A model generated the notes under the pieces. The model ran no database searches. It was not told the origin of the DNA and saw nothing but the letters and a program-made list of their open reading frames with translations. A program made the position numbers and the translations under genes. This document shows, piece by piece, positions 9,321 through 16,700 of a DNA stretch of 64,000 nt (position 1 is the first letter of the stretch; each line of letters opens with the position of its first letter). Source of the stretch: an uncultured Actinomycetes bacterium (lineage in GTDB: Bacteria; Actinomycetota; Thermoleophilia; Gaiellales; Gaiellaceae); NCBI GenBank assembly GCA_963775695.1, contig CAVZJU010000003.1:141050-205049 (forward strand), given 5' to 3'.

Positions 9321-10870
9321 GACGCGACCCGCTCCCGCAGCCGTTCGTACGTGAGACCGTACTTCTCGGCGATCGCCCAGGCGTAGGCGCGTCCGTCGGC
9401 CGGCCGGCGGACGAGCTTGAAGGTCCGAAGGGCGGGATTCCCCGGAACGACGGTGCTGACCATGCTGACCGTCGCATCGCTGAGCGACGCGAGCTCGTCC
9501 ACGAAGGTGACGTAGACACCGAGCAGGTCCAGGTCGAGCAATGCCCTCAGCACCTCGGTCCCGATGAAGAGCGCGTCGCTCAGCGTCGTCGACCCGAAGC
9601 TCTCGTTCATGACGACCACGCTCTCCGGGGTCGCCTGCTCGAGGATCTCGTGGACGCGGACGAGCTCGTCGTCGAGCTTGCCGCGGAGCGTCTCGATGTC
9701 CTCCTCGCGCTCGAAGTGGGTGAAGATGCGGTCGGGCAGGAAGAGCCGTGCCGCACTCCCGGGGACGGGGAGGCCGAGACTGGCCAGATGGTGGAGCTGT
9801 CCGAACATGCGGGCGAAGGTCGTCTTGCCCCCGTTGTTCGGCCCGGTGACGACGATGCACCGTTCCGTCCCCCGAAGCTCGAGGTCGTTGCAGACCACCG
9901 TTCCCCGCTCGGAGACGAGCTTGAGCGCCAGGGCGAGGTCGAAGGTCTCCGACGCGGTGGTGTCCTTCGAGCGTGCCGAGACGTGCGGGAAGCAGAATCG
10001 CAGGCCGACCCGCTCGAGCGGCTCGATCAGCTCGAGATACGCGACGTAGAACTGAATCTCGCGGTCGAAGCGGACGATCGCCGGCTCCAGGAAGTCCGCG
10101 TGGCGGCTGCAGAAGGCGTCGAGGGCGCCGAACGGGTCCGGGTTCAGCTGCGCGACCAGGGCCAGGATCTGCCCTTCGACGTGGCTCATGTGCGGCCACT
10201 CGCGCAGCTCGAGGAGGTAGCTCTTCGCGGCCCCCTGCTTGAACCGGGCAAATGTCTGCTCGACCTCCGCGCTGTAGTCCGGTTCGCCCGCATACCCGGT
10301 GACGGTGACGCGGGGCCCGTTGATCTGGACGGCGTAGACGACCTCGCCGAGAGCCTCCTCGACCGTACGCCCCTCGGTCTCGAGCGAGGCAAAGGCGTCC
10401 GAGGCCACGTAGCTCTCGAGACAGGCGGCGAGGGACCGGAGGCCGCGGGATGTGACGTCGAGCGAGGAGAGCTCGTCGGCGAGGGTGCGGACGCTTGCGC
10501 AGTAGGTGCCGGCGGCGTCCAGGAACCAGCGCTCCCTCTCGAAGTGGTACCGCCGGTCGCCCGCCTGCGCCAGGTACGTCCGTGTCGTCCGCATCCGATC
10601 GGCGAACCGGCGCACCGAGGCCATCACCTGGTCGTTGCGCAGGTCGCGGACGACCTCGTGCCGGTAGCGGACCGTCTCCACGTCCCGTTGCGCTGCCTGG
10701 AAGAACGGCTCGAGCTCGTACTCCTCGCGCCCGGCGGTCAGCCCCGCCAGCACCTGGTCGAGGTTCAGGTCGGCGAAGGAGTCCGGCTCGGCGGTCGCCT
10801 CGCCAGCTGGCCGCCCCGGAAAGAGGACTGTTCGGAACTTCCCAGCTTCCCGCCCGTTGCGATCCGCCAT
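9317..10870 (-). CDS. MutS-domain-V ATPase (MutS-related), paralog A
   Basis: 517 aa. Walker A GPNNGGKTT. Walker-B region VVVMNESFGSTT. Start codon is 25 nt downstream of riboswitch copy 2. Confidence 0.85.
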   Translation of the reverse strand: MADRNGREAGKFRTVLFPGRPAGEATAEPDSFADLNLDQVLAGLTAGREEYELEPFFQAAQRDVETVRYRHEVVRDLRNDQVMASVRRFADRMRTTRTYLAQAGDRRYHFERERWFLDAAGTYCASVRTLADELSSLDVTSRGLRSLAACLESYVASDAFASLETEGRTVEEALGEVVYAVQINGPRVTVTGYAGEPDYSAEVEQTFARFKQGAAKSYLLELREWPHMSHVEGQILALVAQLNPDPFGALDAFCSRHADFLEPAIVRFDREIQFYVAYLELIEPLERVGLRFCFPHVSARSKDTTASETFDLALALKLVSERGTVVCNDLELRGTERCIVVTGPNNGGKTTFARMFGQLHHLASLGLPVPGSAARLFLPDRIFTHFEREEDIETLRGKLDDELVRVHEILEQATPESVVVMNESFGSTTLSDALFIGTEVLRALLDLDLLGVYVTFVDELASLSDATVSMVSTVVPGNPALRTFKLVRRPADGRAYAWAIAEKYGLTYERLRERVAS

Positions 10871-10894
10871 CCGCTTCCACCACCAGTAGGTTCG

Positions 10895-10941
10895 GTAGAA
10901 GCCATCAGCCGCTCTGGCGGTTTCAGGCGGGCTTCATCGCC
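10895..10941 (-). promoter_or_regulatory. fluoride riboswitch (crcB motif), copy 2
   Basis: Minus-strand sense: GGCGATGAAGCCCGCCTGAAACCGCCAGAGCGGCTGATGGCTTCTAC. Pseudoknot GAAGCC:GGCTTC is fully Watson-Crick. Confidence 0.85.
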
Positions 10942-11015
10942 GCTGACATCCTACCGCTGGCGGCCGTTCCCACGCCGGTCGCGGCCGGTTCTGCGTGCGG
11001 CTGGATTTCGTTGCA

Positions 11016-11064
11016 GCGCGATGAGGCTCCGCGCCCAACCGCCGCTCCGGCTGATGGCCTCTAC
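11016..11064 (+). promoter_or_regulatory. fluoride riboswitch (crcB motif), copy 3
   Basis: GCGCGATGAGGCTCCGCGCCCAACCGCCGCTCCGGCTGATGGCCTCTAC. Pseudoknot GAGGC:GCCTC. Divergent from copy 2. Confidence 0.8.
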
Positions 11065-11090
11065 CGACTGGCCCTCGAGGGGGAGTGGTG

Positions 11091-11210
11091 ATGGAGGTCA
11101 AGGTTCGGGCAATCGTCGTCTGCGGGAACCGGCTGCTGGTCACCCGCGAACGCCGCCGGGCAGCCGAGCACTCCTCGCTGCCGGGAGGTCGCGTCAAGCG
11201 CTGGGAGTAG
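11091..11210 (+). pseudogene. 39-codon NUDIX-hydrolase N-terminal stub
   Basis: Hand-found ATG 11091 to TAG 11210: MEVKVRAIVVCGNRLLVTRERRRAAEHSSLPGGRVKRWE. This reads like a NUDIX N-terminus up to LPGG, but the NUDIX box (GxxxxxExxxxxxxREUxEExGU) is absent. Confidence 0.35.
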
Positions 11211-11488
11211 CGGATGTCACCTGTGCGGTCGTAGTCCGCGAGGAGCGCTCGGACGCGCGCCGGCGTCTCCGACGGACCGGTGCAGGAGAACGCCAGCCTG
11301 GCGTCGCGACTGCTCTTTCCTGCTCGCCAGAACGACGACATCCAGCGCTCTTCGTCTTCGAAGATCGTCCGGCGGAGCGGACAGCCACTGCGAGCGAAGG
11401 GCTCGACGAGGTCGAGGGCCAGGAAATCGGCCACCGGAGAGGCCTCCCTCCCGGCTCCGGCCCGAGCCAGGTCGTCTCGTGCCTCCGC

Positions 11489-12001
11489 TCAGCCGCCGAG
11501 ACGCGCTGCGTACCGAGCCTGTGCCTGCTCGATCTCTCGCTCCGCTGCCTCGCGACCGGCCCAGCCCTCGATCGCCGTCAACCGCTCGGGCTCGAGCTCC
11601 TTGTAGACGGAGAAGAAATGTGCGATTTCGTCGCGGACGCGCGCGGAGACGTCGTCGAGCTCGTAGACGTCCCGCCACTCGGCATCGTGCAGCGGGACGC
11701 AGAGCACCTTGTCGTCGACGCCGGATTCGTCCCGCATCTGGAAGATGCCGATCGGCCTGACGTCGATTCTGCAGCCGGGGAACGTCGGCTCGCTGACCAG
11801 CACGAGCGCGTCGAGCTGCGCATCCATCTCGCGCTGACGCTGGCCGTGGTCGACCAGCGTGTCCTCCAGGAAGCCGTAGTCGGCCGGGAACACGACCGAC
11901 GAGAACAGGTGCCGATCGAGCCTGAAGACGCCCCTGCCCACATCCCACTCGTACTTGTTCTGGCTCCCCTTCGGCACTTCGACGAAGCAGACGAGCTCCA
12001 C
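11489..12001 (-). CDS. ppa: inorganic pyrophosphatase, family I (atypical metal-site region)
   Basis: VEVPKGSQNKYEWD, FPADYGFLEDTL, IRPIGIFQMRDESGVDDKVLCVP, IAHFFSVYKELE. An insertion and substitutions occur at the DxDxxD segment (see findings). Confidence 0.9.
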   Translation of the reverse strand: MELVCFVEVPKGSQNKYEWDVGRGVFRLDRHLFSSVVFPADYGFLEDTLVDHGQRQREMDAQLDALVLVSEPTFPGCRIDVRPIGIFQMRDESGVDDKVLCVPLHDAEWRDVYELDDVSARVRDEIAHFFSVYKELEPERLTAIEGWAGREAAEREIEQAQARYAARLGG

Positions 12002-12032
12002 GGCTACTCCTTGATCTCCTCGATACTCCGGA

Positions 12033-12470
12033 TCAATCCGCCGGCTCCTCCGATACGACCAGAACGGGTACCTCCGCCGAGGCGATCAGGCGCTCGGCCA
12101 CGCCGTGGAGGAGGAAGCGTCCGGGGCGGCGGCTGCGGTGATGGCCGACGATCACCAGGTCGAACCCGTGCTCACGCGCATAGTCGAGCAGGTCCTCCAC
12201 CGGATGGTCGCCTTCGATGATCTCCTGGCGGACGTCGACCCCGGCACGGTCGGCGCGGTCGAGGAAGTGGTCGAAGGTCTCCCTCAGGTACCTGGTCGCC
12301 GCATCGACCGATTCGGCGCGGTCGGCCTCGGTCTCCGCGTGGGCGGGGGAATGCGCGACGGACGCGGCGACGATGTCCGCCTGGTAGCGGCGGGCCAGAT
12401 CCAGCGCGAGGTCGAATGCACGCGCCGCGGGGCGTGAGCCGTCCCAGGCGATGAGGATTTCCTGGAACAT
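12033..12470 (-). CDS. universal stress protein (UspA family)
   Basis: ATG 12470 overlaps the upstream stop by 1 nt (TGATG). MFQEILIAWDGSRPAARAFDLALDLARRY...DLVIVGHHRSRRPGRFLLHGVAERLIASAEVPVLVV. Confidence 0.85.
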   Translation of the reverse strand: MFQEILIAWDGSRPAARAFDLALDLARRYQADIVAASVAHSPAHAETEADRAESVDAATRYLRETFDHFLDRADRAGVDVRQEIIEGDHPVEDLLDYAREHGFDLVIVGHHRSRRPGRFLLHGVAERLIASAEVPVLVVSEEPAD

Positions 12471-14440
12471 CAGTGACGGAGGGCTGGGATCATGGCGAGT
12501 GCTCCTAGCAGGACGAGAAGGACATACAGCAGGTAGAAGCCGAGCCGGCCCGACTGCAACCGGCGGGTGAAGCCGGAGAGCCGAAGGCCGGCGGCGACGA
12601 GCGGCTCGTACAGGTAGTGCTCGAAGGCCGGCACCACGCGCGTGGTGAGCATGAAGCGCTCCGGCTGCCTCCCGCCCCCCTCGGCGTGGATCGTCCTGCG
12701 AAATCCGTAGACACCGGCCAGGACGACGCGGATCGGATTGGTGTAGGCCTCTGGCGTGTATTGGACGACCGCGATGTCGGGTGCGGCGCCGGAGAGCCAC
12801 ACCGGCGCACGACGCACCGACGGCTTCAGGAGCACGCGGACGAGAAGGGCGGCCGCGATCAGGAACGTCGGGATCGCCAGCGCCAGCCACGTCGGCGAGA
12901 GGACCGAGAAGTTTCCGTAGACGGGGCCGAGGACCAGCGGGTGGGTGACGGCCGTGCCGGCCGGGTCGAAGCCGAGGACGCCGCTCAGCCCTTCGCCGAG
13001 CCAGCGGATCTCCCACGGCGCGGCCGCCCCGAGGAACAGCAGGGTGACGCCGAACGCGACGAAGCCGATGCCTCCCCGGCGGGCCTCGGGGGCCGGCTCC
13101 TGCGGGTGACGTGGACGCCCGAGGAAAATTCCACCGAAGAGGCGGGCGAAGGCGAGCAGCGCGATGCCGGCGGTGAGCGCGACCATCGCGCCACCGAGCG
13201 CCATGAACAGCTGCGCGTCCGAGTCCTTCAGACGAAACCCTTGCAGGAGCGCCTCCAGGGTGAACCACTCGCTGACGAATCCGCCGAATGGAGGCATCGC
13301 CGCAAGTGTGAGGACCGCGAGTCCGAAGCCCAGAGCCGTCCCCGGAAGCTTTGCCGCGAGGCCTCCGAGCGGCGCGGTCGTCCGCTCCCCGGTGGCCTCG
13401 GCGACGCTTTCCGCGCCCAGGAACGCCCCCGCCTTCGCGATTCCGTGCATGATCACGTGCAGGGTCGCGGCGAGGAGTCCCGCCGCCGCCAGCTCCGGCT
13501 CGTTGCTGCCCTGCCCGATGAGGGCGACTCCGAAGCCGAGGAGCGCGATGCCCCCGTGCTCGACGCTCGAGAAGCCGAGGAACCGCTTCACGTCGTCCTG
13601 CACCACCGCGTAGAGGATCCCGGCGATGGCACCCAGACCGCCCAGCACGATCAGCAGCTCTCCCCACCAGAGCGGCGCAGGTGCGAGCGTGCCGTAGACG
13701 AGGCGCCAGAGCCCGTAGAAGCCGCCGTTGAAGGCGACGGCGATCGTCGCCGCCGTCGCAGCGGGAGCAGCCTGGTACAGACCCGGGAGCGGCACCTGGA
13801 AGGGAAGCAACCCGATCTTGGTGCCGAAGCCGACGAGCAGGAGGACGAACGCGACGTCGCGGGTCGTGCCGAGGCCGGCCGCGGCGTGCTGCCAGGCGCT
13901 GAACTCGAAGCTTCCGGTCTGCCCGTAGAGCAGCCCGAAGGCGGCGAGGATCGCAGCACCGCCGATCTTGTTCACCGCCGAGGCGAAGTAGCCGGCCGCG
14001 AGCGCAGCCGGACGGTCGCGATCCAGGCTGCCGAGGATGTAGAGGCAGACGCTGAGGGTCTCCCAGGCGAGGAGGAAGACGAACCCCTGATTGGCGCCGA
14101 GGACGGCGGCGAGCGCAAGGATGACGAGGCTGTGGAGGGTCGCGGGCGACCGGCGAGTCGGACGCTCGGCGAGAGCGACGGACACTGCAGCGGCCGTCCC
14201 GCCGACCAGCGCGAGGAAGATGCCGCTGAGCCGGTCGGCGACGAGCGCGGAGGGGCCGAATCCGAGCCACGTCCCGAGACCCACGCGAGCTTCCGACCAC
14301 CCCCCCGCGCTGACGACTCCGACTGCGCAGAGGAGCGCGGATGCGACGGCCGCCGCACCCAGGGCCGGGCGAGGCCGGAGCAGGGCGAGTCCGGCTGCCC
14401 CGCAGAGCACGAGGAGGGCTGCTGCGAAGACGCCGTTCAC
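12470..14440 (-). CDS. HyfB/HycC-like (NuoL-like) antiporter-type membrane subunit
   Basis: 656-aa polytopic protein with proton-antiporter-like blocks (GFGTKIGLLPFQVPLPGLY, FLGFSSVEHGG). Confidence 0.85.
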   Translation of the reverse strand: MNGVFAAALLVLCGAAGLALLRPRPALGAAAVASALLCAVGVVSAGGWSEARVGLGTWLGFGPSALVADRLSGIFLALVGGTAAAVSVALAERPTRRSPATLHSLVILALAAVLGANQGFVFLLAWETLSVCLYILGSLDRDRPAALAAGYFASAVNKIGGAAILAAFGLLYGQTGSFEFSAWQHAAAGLGTTRDVAFVLLLVGFGTKIGLLPFQVPLPGLYQAAPAATAATIAVAFNGGFYGLWRLVYGTLAPAPLWWGELLIVLGGLGAIAGILYAVVQDDVKRFLGFSSVEHGGIALLGFGVALIGQGSNEPELAAAGLLAATLHVIMHGIAKAGAFLGAESVAEATGERTTAPLGGLAAKLPGTALGFGLAVLTLAAMPPFGGFVSEWFTLEALLQGFRLKDSDAQLFMALGGAMVALTAGIALLAFARLFGGIFLGRPRHPQEPAPEARRGGIGFVAFGVTLLFLGAAAPWEIRWLGEGLSGVLGFDPAGTAVTHPLVLGPVYGNFSVLSPTWLALAIPTFLIAAALLVRVLLKPSVRRAPVWLSGAAPDIAVVQYTPEAYTNPIRVVLAGVYGFRRTIHAEGGGRQPERFMLTTRVVPAFEHYLYEPLVAAGLRLSGFTRRLQSGRLGFYLLYVLLVLLGALAMIPALRH

Positions 14441-15207
14441 GCTGCTGCCTCCCGGGTGACGACGCCGGACGCCAGAAGCAGTCCGTGCAGGACCGCGATC
14501 GGGCTCGGCGGAGATCCCGGGACGTAGACGTCGACCGGGAGGACCCTGTCGACGCCGCCGGCCACTTCACCTGTCTGGGCTGCGAGACCGCCGGAGCAGG
14601 CGTCGGTACCGGCGGCGACGACCGCCTTGGGGTGCGGCATGACCTCGAATGCGCGAAGGAGGGGTGCCTCCATCGAGGGGGTGACTCCACCGGTGACGAG
14701 GAGGATGTCGGCGTGCCTCGGAGACAGCGTGAAGAAGAGGCCGAGGCGCTGCATGTCGTAGAAGGGGTTCGTCAGCGCGGCGATCTCCCACTCCTCGGCT
14801 CCGTCCGAGCCGGCGTCGACGTGCCTGACGTGGATCGAGCGGCGGAGCGTGCGCGACTGCTGTCCGAGGCTGCGACGCGGCTCGCCGGTCGCGCCTTCGG
14901 GATCGTTCACGACGAGCGCGCCGCGCCGGCGTGCTGCCGTCTCGTACTCGGGCTCGAATTCGAAGCGGCTCGGATCGGCGGCGACGCAGGCGCCGCAGAG
15001 GATGCAGCGGCCGCGGTCGACGGAGACGCGGCCGCCGCTGCTCCTGATCGCTCCGGTCGGGCAGACCGCTTCCAGACCTGCCGGCGCCGGCGTGTCGCTC
15101 CTGAGACCGACCCGGCCGCGAAAGCCGGGAGGGGCCGCCTCAGGACGCCGCGGGTATCGGGTCGTGACGATGCCGCGATGCAGGCCGCGGGGGATCCACT
15201 CCAGCAT
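14437..15207 (-). CDS. fusion of a HycF-like ferredoxin remnant and a HycG/NuoB-like small subunit; most FeS cysteines missing
   Basis: N-terminal part retains VCPTG...CILCGACVAADP. C-terminal part is NuoB-like (LSPRHADILLVTGGVT...PKAVVAAGTDACSGG...LPVDVYVPGSPPSP). It has GSDGAEEWE and PGSPP where the canonical motifs are GSCxxCE and PGCPP. Confidence 0.75.
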   Translation of the reverse strand: MLEWIPRGLHRGIVTTRYPRRPEAAPPGFRGRVGLRSDTPAPAGLEAVCPTGAIRSSGGRVSVDRGRCILCGACVAADPSRFEFEPEYETAARRRGALVVNDPEGATGEPRRSLGQQSRTLRRSIHVRHVDAGSDGAEEWEIAALTNPFYDMQRLGLFFTLSPRHADILLVTGGVTPSMEAPLLRAFEVMPHPKAVVAAGTDACSGGLAAQTGEVAGGVDRVLPVDVYVPGSPPSPIAVLHGLLLASGVVTREAAA

Positions 15208-16700
15208 CAGCGATCCGCTCCTGCCGGCGAGAGCCCGAAGCTGTGCTCGATGAACGAGAAGTCGGTGAGCACGTCGCCGCGGAAGCTGGCTGCGAAGAGC
15301 GGCCAGTTACGAAGCGACGGCGAGGAGATCCGCACCGTTCGCAGCCGACCCTCGTCCACCTCGACCCAGTAGACGAGCTCGCCCATCGGCGCCTCGGCCC
15401 AGCCGAACGCCGCTCCACTCTCGGCGGGAAGCTCGACCGTCAGCTCGCCGTCGTCCTTCTCGTCGCGCTCGAGCGACTGCCGGATCAGGTGGACACTCAC
15501 GCGGATCTCGTCGAGGCGGACCTCGAGACGGGCCATCGCGTCACACTCCTCGGCCGTGACCATCCGGAAGCCCAACCTCCGGTACGCGCCGTAGGGGCGC
15601 TCGAAGCGCGCATCGGTCGGGATCCCCGATCCGCGCGCGACGGGCCCGACGCCCGCATGGGCGTCGACCGTGGCGGGTTCGAGTGTGCCGCTTCCGATCA
15701 GACGGTCGGTGAACGAGGGTGTCCTCAGCAGGAGCCGTCGATCCCGGCGCACGTCGCGCTCGAGCTCGCTGAGAAACCGTCGTATCTCGCGGATCGGAAG
15801 CTGGGGCCCTCCGGCGACACCGCCGGTGACGATGACGCCTCGTCCGAAGCGACTGCCGCAGAGCCGCGCCCGCAGACGCATGACCTGCTCCTTGAGGATC
15901 CCGAATCGGGCGACCGCCACGGACAGGGCGGCGTCCTCTGCGAGCCGGGTGGCAACGTCGAGATGGTTCGCGATCCGCTCGAGCTCCGCGTGTACGACCC
16001 GCCAAAGCTGCGCCTTCGGCGGCGGTTCGACGCCGAGCGCACGCTCGACCGCGTGCGAGAAGGCGCACGCATGCGCGACCGACGCAATGCCGGCTACGCG
16101 CTCGGCGACCGTCGTCCCGTCCCCGGGGGTGCGACCGTTGAAGCGGCTCTCGAGCCCCCGCCGCTTGAAATACGGCCGGACCTCCAGTGCCAGGACGTCT
16201 TCGCCGCCCGTCTCGATCACGTACTGGATCGACTCGAAGACTCCGGAACGGATCGGCCCGTAGGGGATGACGAACGTCCCCTCGCCCTCCACCCGGCGGC
16301 GAAGGTTGTCCGGATCGGGGCGGACGGCCGGGGCCAGGTCCGGATGCCCGAGAGGAATGAGACCGTGGAGGTCGTGCAACTCCCGCTCCGGGAAGCGAAA
16401 TGCCGGTGACATCAGTGCAAGTGACGGAAACGACGACGTCCGGTCGATCGACGCCAGGAGGGCGACCAGCTGTCCGCGCACCGCGAAGGCGACGGCGAGG
16501 GACCGCTCCGGCTCGTCCGTGACGAACATCGCGACGAGCCGGGCGCGACGTTCGAGCAGGAGCGCCGCCGCCCGGTCGATCACTCCGATCGGCAGTCGTA
16601 GGCGCTGCTCGCCGAGCGGAGCCGGTTCGCCGACTGCGCGAAAGCGACCGTCGAGGAACTCGTGTGCGTCGCCTGCGAGCATTGCGTTCTCGGCGGTCAT
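15207..16700 (-). CDS. HycE/HyfG-like (NuoC-NuoD fusion type) 'large subunit' lacking both NiFe CxxC motifs
   Basis: ATG 16700 overlaps the upstream stop (ATGA). AERVAGIASVAHACAF replaces R-x-C-G-x-C-x-x-x-H. The C-terminus ...SFIEHSFGLSPAGADR replaces D-P-C-x-x-C-x-x-R. Only 3 isolated Cys in 497 aa. Confidence 0.85.
   Translation of the reverse strand: MTAENAMLAGDAHEFLDGRFRAVGEPAPLGEQRLRLPIGVIDRAAALLLERRARLVAMFVTDEPERSLAVAFAVRGQLVALLASIDRTSSFPSLALMSPAFRFPERELHDLHGLIPLGHPDLAPAVRPDPDNLRRRVEGEGTFVIPYGPIRSGVFESIQYVIETGGEDVLALEVRPYFKRRGLESRFNGRTPGDGTTVAERVAGIASVAHACAFSHAVERALGVEPPPKAQLWRVVHAELERIANHLDVATRLAEDAALSVAVARFGILKEQVMRLRARLCGSRFGRGVIVTGGVAGGPQLPIREIRRFLSELERDVRRDRRLLLRTPSFTDRLIGSGTLEPATVDAHAGVGPVARGSGIPTDARFERPYGAYRRLGFRMVTAEECDAMARLEVRLDEIRVSVHLIRQSLERDEKDDGELTVELPAESGAAFGWAEAPMGELVYWVEVDEGRLRTVRISSPSLRNWPLFAASFRGDVLTDFSFIEHSFGLSPAGADR

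Noticed and set aside
10934-11434. 166-aa minus-strand ORF between the ppa operon and the MutS-like operon
   Set aside because: Only the first ~75 residues look protein-like. The remainder is Arg/Ser/Pro-rich and runs antisense through the NUDIX stub and across both riboswitch copies 3 and 2. Possibly a remnant; not supportable as a full CDS.
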